A stretch of DNA of 32,735 nucleotides from an uncultured Planctomycetales bacterium (GTDB lineage Bacteria; Omnitrophota; Gorgyraeia; Zapsychrales; JANLHA01), in NCBI GenBank assembly GCA_964361085.1, contig CAYHZK010000003.1, forward strand, positions 1 through 32,735, given 5' to 3'. Below are positions 16,290 through 24,708 of this stretch, one piece after another (position 1 is the stretch's first letter; every line of letters starts with the position of its first letter). The notes beneath the pieces were generated by a model, which was not told the origin of the DNA, ran no database searches, and saw nothing but the letters and a program-made list of their open reading frames with translations. Position numbers and translations under genes: made by a program.

Positions 16290-17363
16290 ATGACTCAATT
16301 TCATGTTTTAGGTTTTTCGGTGCCGTGGTGGCTGATGGTGGCGTTGTTATACGGCTTGTGGGTGATGGCCCTGTTGACGGTCAAACGGATCGTTTTTATG
16401 GTGATCAAAAAGATGGCCGCCCGCACCAAAACGCGGTTCGATGATGTCTTTATCGAGTCCGCAAGTTTTCCATTAACGATTTTGATCTTTGCCAGCGGCG
16501 GGATCCTGGTTCATCGTCTGATCCCCATGGGGGATGGCGAGATCACCCGGGCTGTTTTATCCGGATTCAAGGCGGTCTCGATTTTTGCGATTGTCCTTTT
16601 TGTCGACAAGTTCCTGAACCTGATCCTGAAGGAATACAGCGCCAGGGTTGAAATTCTAAAGACGTCGGGCGGGATCGCCCGGGGATTTGTCCGGACCGTG
16701 ATTCTGGGGCTGGGCACCCTCGTTTTTCTGGACAGTTTCGGGGTGTCGATTACGCCCATCATCGCTTCGCTGGGGATCGGGTCGCTGGCGGTCGCGCTGG
16801 CGCTGCAGCCGACGCTGGAAAATCTTTTTGCCGGCATTCAGATTGTGGCCGACAAGCCGATCCTCGTCGGGCATTTTGTCAGGCTGGAGTCGGGGGAAGA
16901 AGGGTATGTCCACAAGATCGACTGGCGCTCCACATGGATCAGGATGCTCCCCAATCACATGGTCGTTATTCCCAACAAAACCCTGATCAACTCGCGCATT
17001 CTCAATTACTATTACCCTGACGCCGAGTGCGCGCTCGTGATGCAGGTCGGCATCCATTACAAATCCGATCTCGACCATGTGGAGCGGGTCACCATCGAGG
17101 TCGCGCAGGATGTCCTCAAGAGCGTCCCCGGTGGCGTCGCGACGTTTCAGCCGTTTATCCGTTACCACACGTTCGGCGATTTCAGCATCAATTTTTCCGT
17201 TATTTTGAGGGTGAGGGAATTTGTCGATCAGTATCTGGTGAAACACGAGTTCGTGAAGCGCCTGAAGAGGCGTTATGAAAAGGAAGGGATCGTCATCCCG
17301 TATCCCATCGAGGCGGTCAACGTGGAGCAGGAAGAAGTCCATTCGAGAAAAAATAACAGTTAA
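16290..17363 (+). CDS. MscS-family mechanosensitive ion channel
   Basis: 357 aa. The pore helix and beta-domain signature LGIGSLAVALALQPTLENLFAGIQIVADKPILVGHFVRL...GYVHKIDWRSTWIRMLPNHMVVIPNKTLINSRILNYY. Confidence 0.88.
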   Translation: MTQFHVLGFSVPWWLMVALLYGLWVMALLTVKRIVFMVIKKMAARTKTRFDDVFIESASFPLTILIFASGGILVHRLIPMGDGEITRAVLSGFKAVSIFAIVLFVDKFLNLILKEYSARVEILKTSGGIARGFVRTVILGLGTLVFLDSFGVSITPIIASLGIGSLAVALALQPTLENLFAGIQIVADKPILVGHFVRLESGEEGYVHKIDWRSTWIRMLPNHMVVIPNKTLINSRILNYYYPDAECALVMQVGIHYKSDLDHVERVTIEVAQDVLKSVPGGVATFQPFIRYHTFGDFSINFSVILRVREFVDQYLVKHEFVKRLKRRYEKEGIVIPYPIEAVNVEQEEVHSRKNNS

Positions 17364-17380
17364 AAGAAAAGGGGACAGGC

Positions 17381-17674
17381 ATGTTCATCCTCGGTAATTT
17401 AGTTATCACGGTGGCAAAACTTTTGGATATTTTTCTCACGGCGATGTATTGGGTCATCCTGATCCGGGTCCTGGTCAGCTGGGTCAGCGCCGATCCTTTT
17501 AACCCGGTTGTCCGGTTTTTGCACCAGGTGACCGAGCCTGTCCTGGAGCCGATCCGCCGGTTCCTGCCGCTGATGGCCCTGGATTTGTCTCCCTTCATCG
17601 CCGTTTTGATCATTTATGCGGCCAGGTCGTTCGTGGTCGCATCGCTTTTCGATTTGGCGGCGCGGTTGCGGTAA
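17381..17674 (+). CDS. yggT: YggT family membrane protein
   Basis: 97 aa: YWVILIRVLVSWVSADPFNPVVRFLHQVTEPVLEPIRRFLP...DLSPFIAVLII. Confidence 0.85.
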   Translation: MFILGNLVITVAKLLDIFLTAMYWVILIRVLVSWVSADPFNPVVRFLHQVTEPVLEPIRRFLPLMALDLSPFIAVLIIYAARSFVVASLFDLAARLR

Positions 17675-17698
17675 TTCCCGCATTTGCGGAGTTAGGGC

Positions 17699-17727
17699 TT
17701 GCAAAGTCGGATGATTTTGTGTATAAA
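17699..17727 (+). promoter_or_regulatory. sigma70-like promoter TTGCAA-N17-TATAAA upstream of ybaB
   Basis: TTGCAA 17699-17704, TATAAA 17722-17727. GAGGAG RBS about 6 nt before ATG 17755. Confidence 0.55.
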
Positions 17728-17754
17728 AGTTAAACATCAAATGAGGAGATTTTT

Positions 17755-18036
17755 ATGTTCGACAAAATGAAGCAGATGATGGAAATGAAAAAACAGGCGG
17801 ACCGGATCAAAAAAGATCTGGACGCGGTCTCCGTCGATGTCGCCGATATCCGCGGGATTAAGATTGTCATCAGCGGCGCCCAGGAGTTCCGCTCGATTGA
17901 GATCGATGACAACCTTCTGGGCATCGATAATAAAAAACGTTTTGAGGCCGATCTGCTGAAAAGCCTCAACACGGCGATCAAAAAAGCGCAGCAGGTGGCC
18001 GCCCAGAAAATGATGGCGGCCATGCCGGGCATGTGA
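17755..18036 (+). CDS. ybaB: YbaB/EbfC family nucleoid-associated protein
   Basis: 93 aa: MKQMMEMKKQADRIKKDL...GGIKIVISGAQEFRSIEID...DLLKSLNTAIKKAQQ. Typical YbaB length and pattern. Confidence 0.85.
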   Translation: MFDKMKQMMEMKKQADRIKKDLDAVSVDVADIRGIKIVISGAQEFRSIEIDDNLLGIDNKKRFEADLLKSLNTAIKKAQQVAAQKMMAAMPGM

Positions 18037-18087
18037 TGAAGCGCCTCATCCCCTATTTCCCCATATAACGAAAACAGGAGGGTTGCA

Positions 18088-18321
18088 ATGCCGTACGAAA
18101 AATCACTGGATAAGGAAACATTCAAGGAAGTCAAAGTTTTGGGGGAGACCCGCATCACCGTCGGAGTTTTCTCGTACAACGGCGGGGATAAAAAATTGCA
18201 GGTTTCGCGCGAAAATCTTGACCAGAATAATGAATGGCGGTTTGCCAAACTCGGGCGGATGACGAAGGCCGAATCGCAAGAGGTCATTCCTCTGATGATG
18301 AAGGCCTTGGAGAGCATGTGA
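18088..18321 (+). CDS. small conserved protein, possibly PC4/YdbC-like ssDNA-binding fold
   Basis: 77 aa with a good RBS (CAGGAGGG). The pattern ITVGVFSYNGGDKKLQVSRE...FAKLGRMTKAESQEVIPLMMKAL resembles, from memory, YdbC (...VSWN...DIRTW...MGKGITLSEEE...). Confidence 0.4.
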   Translation: MPYEKSLDKETFKEVKVLGETRITVGVFSYNGGDKKLQVSRENLDQNNEWRFAKLGRMTKAESQEVIPLMMKALESM

Positions 18322-18340
18322 GGCCGGGAGGACGCGGGGT

Positions 18341-18820
18341 ATGGGACAGGAAGTTTATTTAACGAGGGCCGGCTATGAAAAATTGCGCGGCGATCTTGAG
18401 ACTCTAAAAACGACGGAACGCCGCCGTATTTCTAAGGCCATCGGCGAGGCCAGGCTTTTGGGCGACATCTCCGAAAACGCCGAATACGACGCCGCCAAGG
18501 ACGCGCAGGCCCATTGCGAAGCCCGGATCGCCGAACTCGAAGCCAAGCTCGCCAATGTCCGGATCATCGAGGACCAGAATATCGCGACCGACAAGGTTTA
18601 CATCGGCGCTTTGGTTTCCCTTAAGGATGCGGAAAGCGGCGAAAAGATGCAGTATCTGATGGTCTCCCCCGAGGAGGCCAGTTTCGAGGAAAACAAACTT
18701 TCCATTTTTTCTCCCATCGGCAAGGGGCTGATCGGGCACAAGGAAGGCGAAGAAGTCTCAATCAAAGTCCCAGCCGGAACCTTGCGTTACAAAATCTTAA
18801 AGATCGAAAGGCCGTTATGA
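18341..18820 (+). CDS. greA: transcription elongation factor GreA
   Basis: 159 aa: YLTRAGYEKLRGDLETLK...GDISENAEYDAAKDAQ...ISIFSPIGKGLIGHKEGEEV. Confidence 0.95.
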   Translation: MGQEVYLTRAGYEKLRGDLETLKTTERRRISKAIGEARLLGDISENAEYDAAKDAQAHCEARIAELEAKLANVRIIEDQNIATDKVYIGALVSLKDAESGEKMQYLMVSPEEASFEENKLSIFSPIGKGLIGHKEGEEVSIKVPAGTLRYKILKIERPL

Positions 18821-18852
18821 CCGTTTGCGGTCGTTGCGGCCTTTAATCTTTA
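18807..18852 (+). terminator. probable intrinsic terminator after greA
   Basis: Outer stem AAAGGCCG (18807-14) / CGGCCTTT (18837-44). Inner stem GACCG-tttg-CGGTC (18819-32). Followed by TTTAATCTTTAT. Confidence 0.5.
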
Positions 18853-18914
18853 TCCGCAATACTTCTCTGCAACGATTCCGGTGCCGTTGAGAGCCGCGAA
18901 ACAAGTGAGGCCGG

Positions 18915-20777
18915 TTGGATATTCCCTTTTTTCAAACACTGCAGGCGGAATGGCGCACCACCATTTCCATTCCGGAAAAACGGCGGGGATTTGTTTACGG
19001 CGCCCTGCTGATCCTCTGTTTCCTCGTCTTCAGCAACAGTCTCAATAATCCGTTTTTAATGGACGACTACTCCATGATCCTCACCAACAAGGCCATCGGG
19101 GATCCCGGTCATTTGCAGATTTTCCCGTTCGGCTTTTCCCGGGTGGACGGCGCCGCCTACCTTTATTACCGGCCGGTCTTGCATCTTTTGTTTTTCATCT
19201 CCTTCCGCTTGTTCGGTTACCAGGTTTTTGGCTATCATCTCTTCAACTTCATTTTATTTTACTTGTGCGGGCTCATCCTGTTTCATTTCTGCAAGGCCCT
19301 GTTCGGGGATTGGAAATTCGCGTTTTTGACAAGCGCGCTGTTTTGCGCCCATCCTATCAACGGCGTCCTGGTGAATTACACGACGACAGCCGCGTATGAG
19401 GTCCTGATCCTGGCCATGCTGGGCGGATTTTTGTGTTTCCACCAAGGGACTGTTGCAAAACGCCCATCTGCGGCGTTATCTCCTCGTTCGTTTGTGCGAC
19501 GTCCAATAAGGACGCCTCCGCGCTCACTCGTCGATGCCTTGCATCTGGCCATTTTGCAACAGTCCCGCCAATGGATTGAAACCGGTCGCCGGCGCTGGCA
19601 GGCGGCGGGGTTATTGCTTTTTGGCCTGTCGTTGCTGTGCCATGAGATCGCCATGGTCTTTCCTTTTTACCTGGCCGCGATGCTGTATTTCGTCAAAAGG
19701 TGTTCCATCAGAAAAACCTTGATGACGATTGTCCCGTCGCTGATCCTCCTCATGGTGTTTTTCATTTTTCGAATGCGATACGCCAGTTTGAAAACCGGCG
19801 TGCTCGATCACATCGGTTCCTGGCATTTGTCCTGGTCCGGATATCTGGCCTCCTTCGCCAGCCTGATTCGTCACTATCTTTTTAACCTCGTTTTCTTAAG
19901 AGACATTGTTTTGATGTGGGCGACACCGGTCATTCGCGACGGTGACGGCGTCATCGCGCTGGGCTTGATTTCCGCGCTTTTAATCGCTGTGCGCCAGCTT
20001 TTTTATCACCGCCGCAACCGGCCTTTTGCGCTGGGCCTGTCCTGGTTTTTGATCGGCCTGGGTCCCTTGGCGCTGGCCTGTTTTTCCCGTCCCGAGGCGG
20101 GCTTCATCATGGCCCCGCACTGGTTGTTCTTTTCGACGATCGGGTTTTGTATCTTTCTGGCGTCGGCAATTATGGATTTCAAAGACCGGTATCCGTTGCG
20201 CTGGATCACCGTGGGGATCGTCTGCCTGCTGGGAAGTTATGTCCTCACAAGCCGGGAATACAATAAACTCTGGGGCCATGAAAAGGCTTATTGTCAGCAT
20301 ATGCTTGCCCTGTCGCCCGACATGCAGTTTCCCGCGTTCTGGCTGGCCGATGTTGCCATGCGGGAAGGGGATTGGCAACAGGCCAGGGCGTATCTGGAAA
20401 AAACCCTGGACGCGCCGGTGCCCAATTGGCAGACGTATGCCAATCTGGGTTTTGCCGAGATGAATCTGGGGAACGACCCTGCGGCGACGGCGTATTTTTA
20501 CACCGCCATCCGCCTCAATCCGTCCGCGCCCGAGGCTTACCACAACCTCGCCATCATGGCCCTGCAAAAGGGAGATTACGAAGGATCGATTGAATTGTTG
20601 AAAAGAGCGATGGCCGTTGACTTTTATTTCCTCCCCGCGAAAAAAACCCTGGCGAGCATTGACCTCGAACGAGGGGAGAACGATAAAGCCAAGGCCCTGC
20701 TTAACGACATCCTTCGCATTGACCCCAGCGACGCCTGGAGCCGTGACGCGTTAGAAAATGTTTTAGCGAATCCTTAG
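18915..20777 (+). CDS. TMTC-like protein: N-terminal GT-C (PMT_2-type) membrane glycosyltransferase fused to C-terminal TPR repeats
   Basis: 620 aa; TTG start, with no in-frame ATG nearby. First-loop acidic motif NPFLMDDYSM, about 10 TM helices, then TPR repeats (WQQARAYLEKTL..., YANLGFAEMNLGNDPAATAYFYTAIRLNPSAPEAYHNLAIMALQKGDYEGSIELLKRAMAVD...). Carries the 121-nt palindromic element in frame. Confidence 0.8.
   Translation: MDIPFFQTLQAEWRTTISIPEKRRGFVYGALLILCFLVFSNSLNNPFLMDDYSMILTNKAIGDPGHLQIFPFGFSRVDGAAYLYYRPVLHLLFFISFRLFGYQVFGYHLFNFILFYLCGLILFHFCKALFGDWKFAFLTSALFCAHPINGVLVNYTTTAAYEVLILAMLGGFLCFHQGTVAKRPSAALSPRSFVRRPIRTPPRSLVDALHLAILQQSRQWIETGRRRWQAAGLLLFGLSLLCHEIAMVFPFYLAAMLYFVKRCSIRKTLMTIVPSLILLMVFFIFRMRYASLKTGVLDHIGSWHLSWSGYLASFASLIRHYLFNLVFLRDIVLMWATPVIRDGDGVIALGLISALLIAVRQLFYHRRNRPFALGLSWFLIGLGPLALACFSRPEAGFIMAPHWLFFSTIGFCIFLASAIMDFKDRYPLRWITVGIVCLLGSYVLTSREYNKLWGHEKAYCQHMLALSPDMQFPAFWLADVAMREGDWQQARAYLEKTLDAPVPNWQTYANLGFAEMNLGNDPAATAYFYTAIRLNPSAPEAYHNLAIMALQKGDYEGSIELLKRAMAVDFYFLPAKKTLASIDLERGENDKAKALLNDILRIDPSDAWSRDALENVLANP
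19446..19566. mobile_element. MITE/RPE-like palindromic element inserted in frame in the TMTC-like gene
   Basis: Perfect 15-bp terminal inverted repeats GGGACTGTTGCAAAA (19446-60) / TTTTGCAACAGTCCC (19552-66). Flanked by ACCAA (19441-45) and GCCAA (19567-71). 121+5 = 126 nt = 42 codons. No transposase is associated with it. Confidence 0.5.
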
Positions 20778-20842
20778 ACATCCCGAAATTTTTGAAACGG
20801 CGGGCCTGTCTGCCGGGGCATTTATCGCAAAGGAGGAATCAC

Positions 20843-21619
20843 ATGTTGGGTAATGTATGTTTCATGAGGCGCAGGAAGAACAAATTTATGGTCATGTTTG
20901 TTTCTTTTTTTGTTGTAATTTATCTCTTCTCGAATGATATTCTTGGCGCAACGCTGATAAGAAGAAATATTTTTATTGATGCTGGTGCAGATTCTGGCGC
21001 GGTTTATTCGGCGTTCCACGCCATCAGTTCATACTTACCCGGGTATTCATGGGAGATCATCGCGATAGAGGCAAATCCTACCACTATCAATAGCATGCCC
21101 AAATTCCCCAATCTTACAATTCTGAATAAAGCCATTTGGACAGAAGATGGCACCATTTTATTTTATCTAAATAAAAGAAACAATGCCGCAAGCAGTCTAT
21201 TTGAAAAGAACGCAGAAGATGAGCCATACCAAGTCACCGTTGAATCGATAGACTTCAGTCAGTGGATGAAAAAGAATTTTACAACGGAAGACTACATTAT
21301 TCTTAATATGGATATTGAAGAAGCAGAGTATGCTGTCTTAGAAAAGATGTTGAGTGATGACACGGCAAAATATATTGATCGATTATATGTTGAGTTTAAT
21401 AATGATCATCTTATTGGGAATTCGCTAAGAAAGAGAAAAATTCTGAAAAGAATGAGGAAGGCTGGTGTCGCAGTACAAACATCTTCCCTTTGGGGGATAT
21501 TATTAGTCGATATTTTGGGCAATGATGTGAATTTCCAAAAGTATAATGTTTTCCAAGAGTATAATGCTTCCCTGAATTCAGACCACAATAGGTTAGTCAT
21601 CCCAAAGCCATTCGATTAA
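20843..21619 (+). CDS. FkbM-family (Methyltransf_21) methyltransferase
   Basis: 258 aa from ATG 20843 (AGGAGG at 20831-36); the 20792 start in the ORF track is an extension. FIDAGADSGAVY, IIAIEANP, NKAIWTEDGTILFY, ILNMDIEEAEYAVLEKM. Markedly AT-rich DNA. Confidence 0.8.
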   Translation: MLGNVCFMRRRKNKFMVMFVSFFVVIYLFSNDILGATLIRRNIFIDAGADSGAVYSAFHAISSYLPGYSWEIIAIEANPTTINSMPKFPNLTILNKAIWTEDGTILFYLNKRNNAASSLFEKNAEDEPYQVTVESIDFSQWMKKNFTTEDYIILNMDIEEAEYAVLEKMLSDDTAKYIDRLYVEFNNDHLIGNSLRKRKILKRMRKAGVAVQTSSLWGILLVDILGNDVNFQKYNVFQEYNASLNSDHNRLVIPKPFD

Positions 21620-21696
21620 AAGACTAACGGTGTCGGGTCCCGCAGGGACGTTTAACTGGGAAATAGGTGACTGCGAGAGGGACAGGCAAAAAGAAC

Positions 21697-23067
21697 TTAG
21701 CGTTTGGATTCTGAGTGTCCGCTTAAAGCCGCGCGGAAGGTCCAGAAGGCGGTCATGGGCAGGACCGAGAGGAGGATCCGGTTGAGCGAGACATCCAGCC
21801 ACCAGCGGATGTCGAAATGGGTGTTGATGAAGTAATACGTGGTAATCACGCTTAAGTAAGAAAATAAAAATAGTCCCGGCAGCAGGTTTTTGTTTTGAAA
21901 ACAACGTTTTCCTCCGATCACGCCGCCCATAAGGAGCAGCAGCCATATCCCGCGCCATTTCATACTGATCAATTCTTGCCCCAGTGATAAAAGGATAACC
22001 TGTAACCGTTCCCAATCCGCCGGTTTTTGCGCGGATGTCAGGCCGTTGACGAAGGTTTGATTGCCCGGCGAGTAGAGCGCGTGAAAGGCGAAAGAGGGGA
22101 TGGCGGTTAAGATTAATCCCGTCAGCAGCAGCGAGCAGCCGGACCTGGCGAGTTTCTGATCCGGCAGCACCGTCAGGAGCAAAACCGGCAATCCGGTAAC
22201 CGCGATGAGCCCGGCGGCGATCAGTCCTTCGGGTTTTGTGAAACTGAGCAGCCCCAGGAACAGCCCGGCGAGGAGGGCGTAATGTTTGTTTTGTGTTTTC
22301 CAGGATTGCTCCAGACAATAAACGCCGGCCAGGATGTAATACGCCACCACAATATCGCAGTACTGGCTGGTCGCCAGGACATTGAATTGCGGGATGGTCA
22401 AGGGCAGTAAGGCTGCGAGGATGGAAAACGGATTTTTTGTTGTTTTCAGCAGGGCCGCGAACAAAAGGCCCGTTGTCAGGGCCGTAAAAAGGAATGATGT
22501 CAGGAGAGGCCCGGCATCGGCGGCGCGGTTGACAAAGAGCCAGCCCCAGACGTTGATGAGCGGCAAAAGCAGCGGATAATGCGGGCTCGTCCGCCAGAGG
22601 TCGGGGGCAAAGATATTTTTCCAGTTTTCCCCGCCTAAGAAAAGGACCTTGGCCTTGAAATTCCAGACCTGCCAGGCGTCCCATCCGCCGAAAGGAAAGC
22701 ATTGGGCCTGTTCCCAGACCGGGACCAGGGCCAGAAGAAAGAGGATGGTCAGGCCCGCTGTTTTGCCGTCGATGGATTTGAACGGGATGATCTTGAAAAG
22801 CCGCTGCTTATGGGCGACAAGCCCATATAAAAAAAGGAGGCCAAGCAAAATAACATGGCCCGTGATCACAAGCGGAGGGTGGAGCTGATCCAGGAGGAGG
22901 TAACTGTAAAAGGTCAGGTTCCCGCTCAGCCCCATGCCCAGTCCCCCCGCCAGAAAGATTTTAACGAGCCGGGAATCCCCGTCCTTTTCGTCCAGCAGGA
23001 TCGTCAGGACGAGGTATCCGATCAATAATGAAATCAAAAACGGCAGGAGGATCAGGGGCGGCTCCAT
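21697..23067 (-). CDS. GT-C fold (ArnT/PMT_2-like) polytopic membrane glycosyltransferase
   Basis: 456 aa with about 12 TM helices. Periplasmic-loop aromatic region FGGWDAWQVWNFKAKVLFLGGENW...SPHYPLLLPLINVW, and FTKPEG. The overlapping 21593-22702 ORF is an out-of-frame artefact. Confidence 0.7.
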   Translation of the reverse strand: MEPPLILLPFLISLLIGYLVLTILLDEKDGDSRLVKIFLAGGLGMGLSGNLTFYSYLLLDQLHPPLVITGHVILLGLLFLYGLVAHKQRLFKIIPFKSIDGKTAGLTILFLLALVPVWEQAQCFPFGGWDAWQVWNFKAKVLFLGGENWKNIFAPDLWRTSPHYPLLLPLINVWGWLFVNRAADAGPLLTSFLFTALTTGLLFAALLKTTKNPFSILAALLPLTIPQFNVLATSQYCDIVVAYYILAGVYCLEQSWKTQNKHYALLAGLFLGLLSFTKPEGLIAAGLIAVTGLPVLLLTVLPDQKLARSGCSLLLTGLILTAIPSFAFHALYSPGNQTFVNGLTSAQKPADWERLQVILLSLGQELISMKWRGIWLLLLMGGVIGGKRCFQNKNLLPGLFLFSYLSVITTYYFINTHFDIRWWLDVSLNRILLSVLPMTAFWTFRAALSGHSESKR

Positions 23068-23525
23068 TTTTTGTAATCACGGCGTTCCCGCGTGTTTCCG
23101 GTTTGATGAAAACTTTGGTGCGGGGTCCTGGCTAAAATGGCGCCGGAAGGACTCTTTAAAACCGGGATCGCCCCGATGTCTTTGATTTTGTTCAGGGCGA
23201 TTTGAGGTGTGGAACACACAAAAAGGATGTATTCGTGGCCGGTGTTGCCGAGGTCCAGGATCGTCGGGGCCACGGCCAGCTGGGTTTGCGCGAAACGTGT
23301 GGCGGGCCCGATGTCGTCCAGGCTTTGGTCGGTATAGTAACCGATAAAAGGAGGATTTTTTAAGGCCTCGCTCAAGCCGGTGAAGTGGGCCCCCGGGAAC
23401 GGATAGGGCGCGTGCCGGCGCAATTTACTGATCCGCGCCGTGTAACGGATGATGTTGAAGCTGTTGACGCCGAGGACGAGGATGCCCAGGATGAGGAAAA
23501 GAGTCGTCAGAGGTTTTTTTGTCAT
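23052..23525 (-). CDS. hypothetical N-terminally anchored protein, overlaps the start of the GT-C gene by 16 nt
   Basis: Likely start ATG 23525 (MTKKPLTTLFLILGILVLGV...); the track ORF extends to 23666. Single TM followed by a domain of about 130 aa. Weak similarity to the C-terminal domain of the 909-1637 product. Confidence 0.5.
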   Translation of the reverse strand: MTKKPLTTLFLILGILVLGVNSFNIIRYTARISKLRRHAPYPFPGAHFTGLSEALKNPPFIGYYTDQSLDDIGPATRFAQTQLAVAPTILDLGNTGHEYILFVCSTPQIALNKIKDIGAIPVLKSPSGAILARTPHQSFHQTGNTRERRDYKKWSRP

Positions 23526-23585
23526 CGGCCCCAATAAACTATAAGAAGTTTTCAACGCAACGGAGAAAAACCTTAAATTAAGCCT

Positions 23586-23613
23586 TTGCCAAGGGATATT
23601 CGGCGGGTATAAT
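23586..23613 (+). promoter_or_regulatory. sigma70-like promoter TTGCCA-N16-TATAAT for the wbpB-like operon
   Basis: TTGCCA 23586-91, TATAAT 23608-13. About 70 nt of leader, then AAGGAG 7 nt before TTG 23690. Confidence 0.5.
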
Positions 23614-23689
23614 AGGGGCAAATTCTTTGCGAAAGTTCTGGAAATATTGATTCTATTCTGAGACACACGCCTTCAAAAGGAGTCATCCC

Positions 23690-24706
23690 TTGATCACGAT
23701 CGGTATTATCGGCTGCGGGCATTGGGGGCCGAACCATATCCGCATCTTCAGCCAGGCCGCCAACTCTCGCGTCGCGATGTGCGCCGATCTGGACGAGGAA
23801 CGGCTGAGGGCGATCAAGTCCTTATATCCCGACGTCAAAATCACCACGCAGTATCGCCATATCCTCGAGGATCCAGGCATTGATGCCGTGTGTATCGCGT
23901 CTCCCACCAACACGCATTTTCCGTTTTCCAAAGAAGCCCTGGAGTGCGACAAGCATGTCCTTTGCGAAAAGCCGCTGGCCCTGACGCCCGGGGAATGCCT
24001 GCTGTTGAACGAGCTGGCCGAGCGCCGGAAGAGGATCCTCATGGTGGGGCACATTTTCATTTTCAACCAGGGGATCGTGCGGCTGAAGGAATACATCAAG
24101 ACCGGGGAACTGGGGACGGTCCAGTACGCCCATTCGGAGCGCACGAATCTCGGGCCGTTCCGGTACGACGTCAATGCCCTGTGGGATTTGGCGCCCCACG
24201 ACATTTCGATTTTCAATTACCTGTTTGACAGTTGCCCGATCAACGCCTCGGGCCGGGGGCAGAAATATTTGACCAAGTCCCTGGACGATGTCGCCTTCGC
24301 CTCGCTGGAATATCCCGGCAAAATCCTGGTCAATGTGCACGTCAGCTGGCTGGATCCCAAGAAGGTCCGTCAGATCACGATCGTCGGCGACAAAAAGATG
24401 GTGGTCTGGGACGATCTCGACGGCCTGGGACCCATCAAACTTTATGACAAACATGTCGAGCGGACATCCAGATTTTATGAAAGTTACGGCGAGTTTCAAC
24501 TGCTCTCCCGCGAAGGCAACATCACGATCCCCAATGTCGGGTTTCACGAACCGCTCAAAAACCAGGCCCAGTATTTTCTCGATTGCGTGACGCACAACAA
24601 GCACCCCGACTGCACCGACGCCCGGAAGGGGCATGATGTCGTCAAGACCCTCTGCGCCATCCAGCGGTCCATGGATCGAAGCGGGGCGCTGGAAATCATT
24701 GCCTGA
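23690..24706 (+). CDS. Gfo/Idh/MocA-family NAD-dependent sugar-nucleotide oxidoreductase (WbpB/WlbA-like)
   Basis: 338 aa, TTG start. Rossmann IGIIGCGHWGPNH and EKP motif VLCEKPLALT. Followed by a WbpD/WlbB-like acetyltransferase. Confidence 0.8.
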   Translation: MITIGIIGCGHWGPNHIRIFSQAANSRVAMCADLDEERLRAIKSLYPDVKITTQYRHILEDPGIDAVCIASPTNTHFPFSKEALECDKHVLCEKPLALTPGECLLLNELAERRKRILMVGHIFIFNQGIVRLKEYIKTGELGTVQYAHSERTNLGPFRYDVNALWDLAPHDISIFNYLFDSCPINASGRGQKYLTKSLDDVAFASLEYPGKILVNVHVSWLDPKKVRQITIVGDKKMVVWDDLDGLGPIKLYDKHVERTSRFYESYGEFQLLSREGNITIPNVGFHEPLKNQAQYFLDCVTHNKHPDCTDARKGHDVVKTLCAIQRSMDRSGALEIIA

Positions 24707-24708
24707 CC

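Noticed and set aside
19446-19566. Interpretation of the 121-nt palindromic element as an integron attC site or an intrinsic terminator.
   Set aside because: The arms do not fit the attC R''/R' core consensus (RYYYAAC/GTTRRRY), and no integrase is nearby. It lies in the middle of an open reading frame without a U-tract, so a terminator is unlikely.
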